Positions 27,460-36,650 of a stretch of 56,966 bases of DNA are shown here, piece by piece. Within the stretch, counting starts at the first letter, position 1; each line of letters starts with the position of its first letter. This DNA is from Gemmatimonadales bacterium (GTDB lineage: Bacteria > Gemmatimonadota > Gemmatimonadetes > Gemmatimonadales > GWC2-71-9). A program made the translations under genes and the position numbers. The notes beneath the pieces are model-generated. The model was not told where the DNA came from, ran no database searches, and was given only the letters and a program-made list of their open reading frames with translations. Location of the stretch: NCBI GenBank assembly GCA_041615815.1, contig JBFJCP010000028.1, positions 1 through 56,966 of the forward strand. Reading direction: 5' to 3'.

Positions 27460-28800
27460 ATGGGTAAGAACGCGGACCTTCTTGTCCGGCGCGCCGCCGT
27501 TGTGCCCCGTGGGGTTCCCCGGGTGACGGAGGCCACGGCAGCGTCGGCCAAGGGTGCCGTTATCATCGACGCCGAGGGCAGAGAGCTGATCGATTTTGCC
27601 GGCGGGATCGGTGTGATGAACGCCGGCCACTGTCAGGACGCAGTGGTCGAGGCCATCCGAGAGCAAGCCGGCAAGTTGCTCCACACCTGTTTTCACGTCG
27701 CGACGTACGAGCCGTATGTCGCGCTGTGCGAGCGTCTGGCATCGCTGCTTCCTCACGGCGACCACACCAAGGTGCTGCTGGTGAACAGCGGTGCCGAGGC
27801 TGTGGAAAACGCCGTGAAGATTGCCCGGCAGGCGGCGGGCCGCCCGGCGGTCATCTGCTATACCGAGGGGTTTCACGGGCGCACGCTCCTCGGCATGTCG
27901 CTGACATCCAAGGTCGGCTACAAGCTCGGCTGCGGTCCATTTGCGCCGGAAGTGTACCGGCTCCCCTTCCCCAACCATTACCGCTACGGGGATGGCCTGT
28001 CCCTCGACGCGTTTGTGGAACGGGAATTGGACCGGCTCCACCAGGCATTCAAGAACGTCGTTGCGGCAGACCAGGTGGCCGCCATCATCATCGAACCCAT
28101 CCAAGGAGAGGGCGGGTTCGTCCCGGCTCCGTCTCGCTATCTCGAAGGTTTGCGCCGTATTTGCGACCAGCACGGTATCCTGCTCATCTTCGACGAGGTA
28201 CAGACCGGCTTCTGTCGCACTGGGCGGTGGGGTGCCTACCAACACTTCGGCGTGGTGCCGGACCTGTCGACCTGGGCCAAGTCCATGGGGGGTGGACTCC
28301 CCATTGCTTCCGTGATCGGCAAAGCAGAGGTGATGGACGCGGCGCTCCCCGGCACCATCGGAGGCACCTACGGTGGCAATCCGGTTGCGTGTGCCTCGGC
28401 CATGGCGACCATCCAGTGGATGGAGGACCACGACTTGAACGCCCGAGCTGAACACGTGGGGCAGCGCATTCGCACACGGTTCGAGTCACTGCGGGGACGG
28501 TGCCCGGCCGTGGGCGACGTGCGCGGTCTCGGCGCGATGGTGGCCATGGAGCTCGTGGAACAGGGTGATCCCAAGCAGCCGGCCACGGGGAAAGTCAAGG
28601 AAATCCTCATCGCGTGCGTGCGCCGCAATCTCCTGGTGATTGCCGCCGGCACGTACGGCAACATCATCCGCGTCCTTTCCCCGTTGGTGATCACCGACGA
28701 GCAGCTCGACCGCGGTCTCGATATTCTCGAGGAGGAGATCTTGCGGGTCTGGCCGGCGCGTCAGACCGCGAACGCGCGAACTGCGTCCGCTACCGCCTGA
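27460..28800 (+). CDS. gabT: Class III PLP aminotransferase, 4-aminobutyrate aminotransferase-like
   Basis: IDFAGGIGV.N.GH, NSGAEAVENAVKIAR, FHGRT, EPIQGEGGF, DEVQTGF.RTG, AKSMGGG (PLP Lys), GGTYGGNP; start at ATG 27457 or 27460 after GAGGT. Confidence 0.9.
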   Translation: MGKNADLLVRRAAVVPRGVPRVTEATAASAKGAVIIDAEGRELIDFAGGIGVMNAGHCQDAVVEAIREQAGKLLHTCFHVATYEPYVALCERLASLLPHGDHTKVLLVNSGAEAVENAVKIARQAAGRPAVICYTEGFHGRTLLGMSLTSKVGYKLGCGPFAPEVYRLPFPNHYRYGDGLSLDAFVERELDRLHQAFKNVVAADQVAAIIIEPIQGEGGFVPAPSRYLEGLRRICDQHGILLIFDEVQTGFCRTGRWGAYQHFGVVPDLSTWAKSMGGGLPIASVIGKAEVMDAALPGTIGGTYGGNPVACASAMATIQWMEDHDLNARAEHVGQRIRTRFESLRGRCPAVGDVRGLGAMVAMELVEQGDPKQPATGKVKEILIACVRRNLLVIAAGTYGNIIRVLSPLVITDEQLDRGLDILEEEILRVWPARQTANARTASATA

Positions 28801-28806
28801 GGATCC

Positions 28807-29724
28807 ATGAGACCAATTGCGATCGCGGGAATGCAGCTGCAGCTGCGCGGCACGGGCGACAACCTGCCGCACATGCAGGCGCGCTTGGACTACTTGATGC
28901 ACCTGTTTCCCTGGGTACAGATGGTGGTGTTCAGCGAGCTCGCGGCGTTCGGCCCGTCACCTCGGAGAGCCCAGCCCATTCCCGGTCCAGTTGAGCGGAC
29001 GTTCCAGGGAATGGCGGCCAAGCACGGCGTCTGGCTCGTGAACGGATCCATCTTTGAACTGGTGGACGGCAAGGTGTACAACACGACTTCTGTGGTCGCT
29101 CCGGATGGCCGGGTGGTGGCGCGATACCGGAAGATGTTCCCGTTCCGGCCGTACGAGATGTCCGTGGAAGCCGGCGAGACTTTTTGTGTGTTCGATGTCC
29201 CCGATGTGGGGCGTTTCGGGGTCTCGATCTGTTACGACATGTGGTTCCCCGAAACGTCACGCACCTTGGCGGCGCTCGGCGCGGAGGTCATTCTCCACCC
29301 GTCGATGACGACCACGATCGATCGCGACGTCGAGCTGGCCATCGCGCGCGCCACCGCGGCCACCAACCAGTGCTTCATCGTCGATATCAATGGAGCGGGG
29401 GACGGCGGCAACGGCCGGTCCATCATTTGCGGCCCCGCCGGCGACGTTCAATACAAGGCAGGCACGACCGAGGAGCTGATTCCCATCGAGCTGGACCTGG
29501 ACCGCGTACGTCGCAGTCGGGAGCGAGGGTTGCGGGGGTTAGGGCAACCCCTCAAGAGCTTTCGCGACGCGACGGTTCGGTTCGAGGTGTACGACCCCAC
29601 TTCTCCCGTGCGGGAATACCTCACGTCACTCGGTCCGCTGACCAAGCCGACGCGGGTGATGCCCGGAGATGTCGACGGCAAGCAGGAGGCTCCGACTCAC
29701 TCAGCCCAAGCAGGTCATCCATGA
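28807..29724 (+). CDS. Carbon-nitrogen hydrolase (nitrilase superfamily amidase)
   Basis: Catalytic triad motifs FSEL (E), YRKMFP (K), ICYDMWFPE (C). Confidence 0.9.
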   Translation: MRPIAIAGMQLQLRGTGDNLPHMQARLDYLMHLFPWVQMVVFSELAAFGPSPRRAQPIPGPVERTFQGMAAKHGVWLVNGSIFELVDGKVYNTTSVVAPDGRVVARYRKMFPFRPYEMSVEAGETFCVFDVPDVGRFGVSICYDMWFPETSRTLAALGAEVILHPSMTTTIDRDVELAIARATAATNQCFIVDINGAGDGGNGRSIICGPAGDVQYKAGTTEELIPIELDLDRVRRSRERGLRGLGQPLKSFRDATVRFEVYDPTSPVREYLTSLGPLTKPTRVMPGDVDGKQEAPTHSAQAGHP

Positions 29725-32558
29725 TCGAGCGATCAGCCGAACCGGCGTCACGAGAATCCGAGACATCTTCGGCGACGGCGCTGTACAACGCGGGGCGCCT
29801 GCGTACCGATACCTGGAACCAACTCCGCGATTTCGCCCGACGCCTGCGACGGCTGGAACACGCAGACGAGGAACGTACCCGTCTCGAGCAGGATTGTCGC
29901 AGCGCGTTCGAGCGCCTCGCGCCGATCGAACAGTTTTGCGTATTCCCAGGCGCGCAGGCGTTCGCGCAGATCCGGCAGACGTTCGAAGACGAAGACTACG
30001 AGGTGCTCTCGCAGCAGGTGGTGCGGATCGTTCGCCTCATGAGCGGGAGCGCCTATCGCCGATTGGACCTGTCCAGCTCTCGGCTCGAGAGTTATGCGGA
30101 TCTGTTAGACGTCTCCGCGTTGAGCGAGGCGGTGCATAGTCAGTTGGCCGGGGAGCAACGGCCCTATTTCGAGGTGCTGGTGGTGGATGACATCAGCCCC
30201 CAAGAGGAAACGGACCTGCGTCTCCGACTCCGCGACCTTCGGAAGCGGGATGACCCCGTGGTGTACGAGATCGTGGTCGTGCGATCGTTCGAGGACGCCC
30301 TCATGGCAGTGACGATCAACCCCAACATCCAAAGCTGCATCATCCGCTACACGTTCCCGTACGCGGCGCCACAGCGCCTGGAGTTCCTCAGCGAGATCTA
30401 CACCGTGCTCGAGGCAGATCCGCGTGTGTGGGGCGCACAGCTGGCCACCGACCGGAGTCTGACGCTCGGACGCGGACTGAAAGCGCTCCGGCCGGAGTTA
30501 GACCTGTTCCTGGAAACCGACGCGCCGGTCGAGCACGTCGTCGGCGCGTCGAGCCACCACTTCCGGCGCGTGTTCTACCACCAGGAGAACTACCTGGATC
30601 TGCATTTGGGAATTCTGAAGGGAATCCACGAACGCTACGATACACCGTTCTTCAACGCGCTCCGGCATTACAGCCTCAAGCCCACCGGGGTATTTCACGC
30701 CCTCCCCATCTCCCGCGGAAACTCCATTGTTCGTTCGCATTGGATTCAGGACATGGGGAAGTTCTATGGGAGCAACATCTTTCAGGCTGAGACGTCGGCC
30801 ACGACCGGGGGACTCGATTCGCTGCTGCAGCCGCACGGGCCGCTCAAGCGGTCGCAGGAGCTGGCCGCCCGAGCCTTCGGTGCCAGACAGACGTACTTCG
30901 TGACGAACGGCACCTCCACGGCCAACAAGATCGTGCTCCAGGCGTTGATTCGACCCGGAGACATCGTGCTCGTGGCCCACGACTGCCACAAGTCGCATCA
31001 TTACGCCGTCCTCCTGGCCGGGGCCCGACCCATCTACTTGGACGCGTACCCGTTGCAGCCGTACTCGATGTACGGCGCCGTGCCGCTCGCCGACATCAAG
31101 CGCCATCTCATCCATCTCAAGCAGGCCGGGAAACTCGACCGGGTGAAGATGTTGCTGCTCACCAACATCACGTTCGACGGTGTCACCTACGATCCCGAGC
31201 GCATCATGGAGGAGGTGCTCGCCATCAAGCCGGATATGGTGTTCGTGTGGGACGAAGCGTGGTTTGCCTATGGACGGTTCGTCCCGACGTTGCGGAACCG
31301 CACGGCCATGTGGGCCGCCGACCGCCTCAGGCGTCGCTATAAGAGCCCCGAATACCGGACGCGCTATCGCGAGTGGAAGGCCGCGTTCGACGAGCTCGAC
31401 CCCAACGACGACACGACCTGGGTGGAGCGGCGGTTGCTGCCGGATCCCGATCAGGTTCGGATCCGGACGTACGCTACGCAGTCCACCCACAAGACACTGA
31501 CGGCCCTACGTCAGGGCTCGATGATTCACGTCTTCGACCAGGATTTCGAGCAGGTGGTGCTCAACGTCTTCAACGAAGCGTACATGACCCACACCTCCAC
31601 GTCGCCCAATTACCAGATTCTCGCATCGCTGGACGTGGGACGCCGGCAGGTCGAGCTGGAAGGCTATGAGTTCGTGCAACGCAGCGTGGAACTTGCCATG
31701 ACGTTGCGGGAGCGGGTACATGCCGATCCACTCCTGCACCGATACTTCCGCGTCCTCGGACCGGCGGACATGGTTCCAGAAATGTACCGGCCCTCGGGCC
31801 TCCAGTACTTCTACGACCCCAAGTCCGGATGGCAGCGGATGGAGCAGGCCTGGCAATCCGACGAGTTCGTCCTGGACCCCACCCGGGTGACCCTCGACGT
31901 GGGACGGACCGGAATGGACGGTGACAGTTTCAAGCAGCTTCTGATGGATCGGTTCGACATCCAGATCAACAAGACGTCCCGCAACACCGTGCTGTTCATG
32001 ATTCACATCGGGATGACGCGCGGGATGGTGGCACACCTCGTGAAGGTGCTGAGCCAAATCGCGGAAGACTTGAACGAGCGCCGGGACCTCCAGAGCGCCG
32101 TGGAACGACTCATGCATCAGCGACGGGTCAAATCACTCACCGAAGACCTGCCGCCACTTCCCAACTTCAGCCGGTTTCATCGGGCGTTCCTCCCGACGCC
32201 GGACAGCACGACCCCGGAAGGAAACATGCGGGAGGCTTTCTTCCTCGCGTATGACGACCGAGCCTGCGAGTACATGAAGCTTGACGGGACGCTCCATGCC
32301 GCCATCGAGTCGGGGCGGGAGGTCGTCTCGGCCACGTTTGTCACCCCGTACCCGCCGGGGTTCCCGGTCCTCGTGCCGGGGCAGGTCATCACACCGGACA
32401 TCTTGGAGTATCTCAGCGCCCTGGACGTGAAAGAGATCCATGGCTATGAGCCGAACTACGGATTCCGGGTCTTCACGGAGTCGGCGTTGACGGGAGCAGC
32501 GCCGGCACGAAAGAGGGTGTCCAAGCCCCAAGCGCGTTTGACCGGAGTGAAAGCCTGA
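29721..32558 (+). CDS. Large (945 aa) PLP-dependent amino acid decarboxylase, Orn/Lys/Arg decarboxylase fold, with N-terminal receiver-like domain
   Basis: ATGA overlap with the upstream gene; YFEVLVVDD; GGLDSLL.P; FVTNGTSTANK; CHKSHH; WDEAW; TQSTHKT (PLP Lys); STSPNY; LDPT; PYPPGFP.L.PG. Confidence 0.9.
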   Translation: MIERSAEPASRESETSSATALYNAGRLRTDTWNQLRDFARRLRRLEHADEERTRLEQDCRSAFERLAPIEQFCVFPGAQAFAQIRQTFEDEDYEVLSQQVVRIVRLMSGSAYRRLDLSSSRLESYADLLDVSALSEAVHSQLAGEQRPYFEVLVVDDISPQEETDLRLRLRDLRKRDDPVVYEIVVVRSFEDALMAVTINPNIQSCIIRYTFPYAAPQRLEFLSEIYTVLEADPRVWGAQLATDRSLTLGRGLKALRPELDLFLETDAPVEHVVGASSHHFRRVFYHQENYLDLHLGILKGIHERYDTPFFNALRHYSLKPTGVFHALPISRGNSIVRSHWIQDMGKFYGSNIFQAETSATTGGLDSLLQPHGPLKRSQELAARAFGARQTYFVTNGTSTANKIVLQALIRPGDIVLVAHDCHKSHHYAVLLAGARPIYLDAYPLQPYSMYGAVPLADIKRHLIHLKQAGKLDRVKMLLLTNITFDGVTYDPERIMEEVLAIKPDMVFVWDEAWFAYGRFVPTLRNRTAMWAADRLRRRYKSPEYRTRYREWKAAFDELDPNDDTTWVERRLLPDPDQVRIRTYATQSTHKTLTALRQGSMIHVFDQDFEQVVLNVFNEAYMTHTSTSPNYQILASLDVGRRQVELEGYEFVQRSVELAMTLRERVHADPLLHRYFRVLGPADMVPEMYRPSGLQYFYDPKSGWQRMEQAWQSDEFVLDPTRVTLDVGRTGMDGDSFKQLLMDRFDIQINKTSRNTVLFMIHIGMTRGMVAHLVKVLSQIAEDLNERRDLQSAVERLMHQRRVKSLTEDLPPLPNFSRFHRAFLPTPDSTTPEGNMREAFFLAYDDRACEYMKLDGTLHAAIESGREVVSATFVTPYPPGFPVLVPGQVITPDILEYLSALDVKEIHGYEPNYGFRVFTESALTGAAPARKRVSKPQARLTGVKA

Positions 32559-34108
32559 TGGGATCGAAAGCGAAGAAGAAGCGTAGCTCCACCAAGACCA
32601 GCCAGACCCGTACCGTTCGGAAACCGGCGCCAGCCCGCCGTACCCGGGGAGGCGATGCCGCGCTGCGCGGAATCTCGGACATTCGGCGGTACTTTCACCG
32701 TAACGAGAAGCCCGTCTACTTCATCAGCGCGACCAATTTCAACCTCATCGGCATCGATGAGTGGGTGCGCAATTTCCATTACATCAATTTCATCGACTGC
32801 TTTGACGGACATCACCCCCACGTCTTCGTTCCTGCCGAGATCCCCCACCGCCCATTCACGTGTATCGAGGACATCAACAACTATCTCCTCGAGCACAAGG
32901 AGGTGGTGGACTACATCCAGCGGCGTGGGCCGGGCGGGAAGGCCGTGTTTCTCTTCTTCGACGAGCGAACCGAAGCACTCTGCAAGGAGCTGGGGCTGGA
33001 TCTCTGCTTCCCGCCGGCCGTACTGCGACGAAAAGTGGACGACAAGATCTCCGCCACCAAAATCGGAGACCGAGCGGGGGTCCCCAGCGTCCCCAACGTT
33101 CTCGGAAAAGTGCGCAGCTATGTGGATCTACGCCGGATGTCCCGGAAGCTCGGGAACGACCTCGTCATCCAGACGGCGTTCGGGGACTCCGGTCACACGA
33201 CATTTTTCATTTCCAACGAGACCGACTGGAACAAGCACGCCGATGAAATCGTGAACGAGGCCGAAGTGAAAATCATGAAGCGTGTGCGGTGTCGCGGATC
33301 CGCCCTCGAGGCCTGCGTCACCCGCCACGGGACCATCGTGGGCCCGTTGATGACCGAGCTCATCGGGTTTCGAGAATTGACCCCCTATCGGGGCGGTTGG
33401 TGTGGCAACGAAGTGCATCCCGAGGCGTTCTCCCAAGCGATTCGCGATCAGGCGCGCGACCTCACCTTTGCCTTCGGTGAGGAGATCCGCCGGATGGGCT
33501 ATCGCGGCTATTTCGAACTGGACTTTCTGATGGACCAAGACACCGGCGACGTGTATCTCGGTGAGGTGAATCCGCGCATCACCGGGGCGAGCGCCATGAC
33601 GAACTTGGCAGCATTCGCACACGCGGACGCACCGCTGTTCCTGTTTCACTTGCTCGAATGGTCTGACGTCGAGTTCGAGTTGGACGTGCGGGAGCTGAAC
33701 CGACGCTGGGCCGATCCTGCCAACATCGATCCGTGGGGCCAGCTCGTCATGAAGCACACGCACGACTCCGTTGACCTGGTCACGGCAGCGCCAAAATCGG
33801 GCGTGTGGAAAATGCGGAACGACCACAGTCTCGAGTTTGTGCGGGTGCAGACCCACCGACGGACGGTAGAGAGTGAGTCGGAGGCGTTCTTCCTGCGCAT
33901 TCTGAAGCCCGGCGACTATCGCTACAAGGGTGCCGACCTGGGCATCCTCATTACGCCGGGCCGATTGATGACTGCGGACCACCAATTGAATGACCGGGCC
34001 AAGGCGTGGATCCGTGGGATCCAGGCGCAATACCGAACACAGCCCGCCCAACCTGCCGAGCCGGCCGCGCAGGAAGCGGTCGAGGTCGGCAACTTCAAGA
34101 TTCTCTAG
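32558..34108 (+). CDS. ATP-grasp protein of unknown function (type often auto-annotated as biotin carboxylase)
   Basis: DDKI, LVIQTAFGDSG.TTFF, KIMKR, GYFELDFL, YLGEVNPRITGAS; 1-nt overlap with the decarboxylase stop. Confidence 0.8.
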   Translation: MGSKAKKKRSSTKTSQTRTVRKPAPARRTRGGDAALRGISDIRRYFHRNEKPVYFISATNFNLIGIDEWVRNFHYINFIDCFDGHHPHVFVPAEIPHRPFTCIEDINNYLLEHKEVVDYIQRRGPGGKAVFLFFDERTEALCKELGLDLCFPPAVLRRKVDDKISATKIGDRAGVPSVPNVLGKVRSYVDLRRMSRKLGNDLVIQTAFGDSGHTTFFISNETDWNKHADEIVNEAEVKIMKRVRCRGSALEACVTRHGTIVGPLMTELIGFRELTPYRGGWCGNEVHPEAFSQAIRDQARDLTFAFGEEIRRMGYRGYFELDFLMDQDTGDVYLGEVNPRITGASAMTNLAAFAHADAPLFLFHLLEWSDVEFELDVRELNRRWADPANIDPWGQLVMKHTHDSVDLVTAAPKSGVWKMRNDHSLEFVRVQTHRRTVESESEAFFLRILKPGDYRYKGADLGILITPGRLMTADHQLNDRAKAWIRGIQAQYRTQPAQPAEPAAQEAVEVGNFKIL

Positions 34109-34116
34109 TTCACACC

Positions 34117-35115
34117 ATGCGCCGCGTCCTCCGCGCGATCGAAGAACTCGCGCCGGGCGACCGATGGGCGGCGGAGTTCCACCGTCACTGGCCCACCTAC
34201 CGCGAGTGGTTCTTACGAGAGGGGGACCGCGCACGCCCGTCCTACCTGGCGTCCCGGCGTGCACTTCAAGAGCACATGCCGGAGCTTCTGCCAACGTACG
34301 AACGATTGGTGGATCTAGCCGGCGGGGGTGACCTCGCTGCTCGATTTCTGAGTCTTTACAATCCAACGCCATATCTCACGGGGTGCTCCCAGGCCGTATG
34401 GACCCGCGGCACCCCGTTGCTGGTGCGTAACTACGACTACAGCCCTCGATTGTGGGACGCCATCCTGCTCAACTCTGCATGGAACGGAAGGTCCGTGATC
34501 GCCATGACCGACTGTCTCTGGGGTGTGCTGGACGGCATGAACGATGCCGGGCTCGCGGTCTCGCTGTCGTTCGGTGGTCGCAAGGCCGTGGGTGACGGAT
34601 TCGGCATCCCCGTCGTTCTCCGCTACGTGCTCGAATTCTGTGCGACCACCGCTCACGCGGTGGAGGTGCTCGAGCGCGTGCCCGCACACATGGCGTACAA
34701 CGTGACGGTGGTTGACGAATCGGGGCACTTCGCCACGGTGTATACGGGACCAGAACACCGTCCCGAGGTCACCCGCCGCGCCGTGGCCACCAATCACCAA
34801 GGAGCGGTGGAGTGGCACCAACACGCCACGGCGACCGCGACGGTCGAGCGGGAGATCTATCTGGAGGAACGGCTCGAAGATCCAGCGGAGACCGCCCAGA
34901 GCTTCACCAATCGGTTTCTGGCACCACCCCTCTTCTCGACGCGTTACCACCACGGATGGGGCACCCTGTATACGGCGACCTACTATCCGCAGGAGCGTGA
35001 CACCGTCTATCGCTGGGCCCATCACACCCTCGAGCAGTCGTTCACGGCATTCCACCAGGGCGAAACGCTGCTCACTTTTGGAGAGGATCGCGCGCATGGG
35101 GGGCTCACGAGGTGA
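34117..35115 (+). CDS. C45-family (Ntn) autoproteolytic acyltransferase/hydrolase
   Basis: HMPEL, G-C cleavage site TGCSQ, LVRNYDY, GVLDGMNDAGL, ATNHQ, GTLYTA.Y. Confidence 0.85.
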   Translation: MRRVLRAIEELAPGDRWAAEFHRHWPTYREWFLREGDRARPSYLASRRALQEHMPELLPTYERLVDLAGGGDLAARFLSLYNPTPYLTGCSQAVWTRGTPLLVRNYDYSPRLWDAILLNSAWNGRSVIAMTDCLWGVLDGMNDAGLAVSLSFGGRKAVGDGFGIPVVLRYVLEFCATTAHAVEVLERVPAHMAYNVTVVDESGHFATVYTGPEHRPEVTRRAVATNHQGAVEWHQHATATATVEREIYLEERLEDPAETAQSFTNRFLAPPLFSTRYHHGWGTLYTATYYPQERDTVYRWAHHTLEQSFTAFHQGETLLTFGEDRAHGGLTR

Positions 35116-36575
35116 CCCAACCACCCAGCGCCCGACCCGGACTCAGCAAGCAGCTCGGGCTGTTCGGGTTCTTTGCCCTCGCGTTCGGGTCCATGATCGG
35201 CGTGGGTTGGGTGACGGCGTTGGGAAGCTGGCTCGAGAACGCGGGCCCCGGCGGGGCCATGGTGGCTTTCGCCGCCGGTGGCCTACTCATGTTGGCCATT
35301 GGGCTCTGTTACGCCGAGGTGACGCCGATGCTGCCCGTGGCCGGCGGAGAGGTCGCCTACGCCTATAAGGCCTACGGCACGGGAAAGTCGTTTCTCGTGG
35401 GCTGGTTCCTGGCCTTCGGATACATCTCCGTCTCCGCCTTCGAGGCGATCTCAGTGGGACGGGTGCTGAGCTTCATGGCACCCGATATCGATCGCTGGTT
35501 GCTCTATCGAGTGGGTGGCGATCCGGTGTATCTCACCCACCTGCTGCTCGCGGTGGGCTTTACCGCACTGATCACGGCGCTCAACTACTTTGGCGTCGCG
35601 AAAGCGGCGGCATTTCAGAAGTGGCTCATTGTCGGTTTTCTCGTCGTGACGGCGCTCTTTGTCGGCGCGGGGCTCCTGGGCGGGTCGTTGTCCAACGCGC
35701 AGCCACTGTTCGCGGCCACGACGGCCGTCGGGATCGGGCCCGGCATCTTGGCCGTCTTCGTCACCGTGCCATTCTGGTTCGTGGGATTCGACACCATTCC
35801 CCAGGGCGCGGAAGAGGCCGAGGCATCGGTCCAACCACGCAAGCTGGGCGTGCTGATCATCGCCGCCATCGTGAGCGCAACGGCGTTCTACGTCGTGCTG
35901 ATTCTGAGCGTGGCCGTCACCGGCCCATGGCAAAGTATCGTGGCCGCCGACCTACCGACCGCTCGCGCCTTCGCCTATGCCTTCCGCACGCCGCTGTGGA
36001 CCAACCTCGTGTTGCTGGCCGCGGTCATCGGCCTGCTCACGAGTTGGAACGGCTTCTTCCTCGCCGGCTCGCGTGTCCTCTTTTCCTTGGGACGGGGACA
36101 GATCATCCCTGCGGGACTGGGCGAGACCCATCCGCGATACGGCACTCCCCACCGTGCGGTGTTGTTGGCGGGTGTGGTGACGATCCTGGCGCCGCTCCTG
36201 GGCCGCGACGCGCTCATCGCGTTCGTGGACGTGGGGTCATTCTGTATCGGCGTGGCCTTTCTCGGGGTCTCGCTGTCGGTGATCCAGCTCCGCAAGCGCT
36301 TTCCGCATACACCTCGTCCCTATCGCATCCCGGGTGGCCCCGTGATCCCCGCTCTTGCCGTTCTGGGATCCCTCTTCATTCTGGCGGTGATGCTCATTCC
36401 CGGCAGCCCCGCGGCACTGCGCTGGCCGCTCGAGGTTGTCATCTTAGGTTCGTTTGCCGCCCTGGGGGTACTGTTCTGGATCGCGGGAAAGCGACACCGA
36501 GCGCGGGTACCCGAGCAGGAACGAGCCTATCTGATTTTGGAGCAGTACGCCGACATCAGCCCGCAGGCTCGGTAG
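35112..36575 (+). CDS. APC-family amino acid/polyamine permease
   Basis: About 12 TM segments; GSMIGVGW, YAE...P.AGG, FVGFD, SR.LF.LGR, HPRYGTP, RPYR.PG; GTGA overlap. Confidence 0.92.
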   Translation: MTQPPSARPGLSKQLGLFGFFALAFGSMIGVGWVTALGSWLENAGPGGAMVAFAAGGLLMLAIGLCYAEVTPMLPVAGGEVAYAYKAYGTGKSFLVGWFLAFGYISVSAFEAISVGRVLSFMAPDIDRWLLYRVGGDPVYLTHLLLAVGFTALITALNYFGVAKAAAFQKWLIVGFLVVTALFVGAGLLGGSLSNAQPLFAATTAVGIGPGILAVFVTVPFWFVGFDTIPQGAEEAEASVQPRKLGVLIIAAIVSATAFYVVLILSVAVTGPWQSIVAADLPTARAFAYAFRTPLWTNLVLLAAVIGLLTSWNGFFLAGSRVLFSLGRGQIIPAGLGETHPRYGTPHRAVLLAGVVTILAPLLGRDALIAFVDVGSFCIGVAFLGVSLSVIQLRKRFPHTPRPYRIPGGPVIPALAVLGSLFILAVMLIPGSPAALRWPLEVVILGSFAALGVLFWIAGKRHRARVPEQERAYLILEQYADISPQAR

Positions 36576-36650
36576 CACCGGACGGCCGTTCAATGCATGA
36601 ACCAACTGGGCAACGCAATCTGCGCTGACCGATTCTGAAAGGACCAAGCG

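Noticed and set aside
29184..29720. N-terminal extension making the decarboxylase 1124 aa
   Set aside because: It overlaps the C-N hydrolase gene in another frame and is low-complexity Arg-rich; the ATGA-coupled start at 29721 is more plausible.
32558..34108. Calling the ATP-grasp gene accC (biotin carboxylase)
   Set aside because: It has none of the AccC motifs (ANRGEIA, HPGYGFLSEN, EMNTRLQVEH) and no biotin carrier or carboxyltransferase neighbour.
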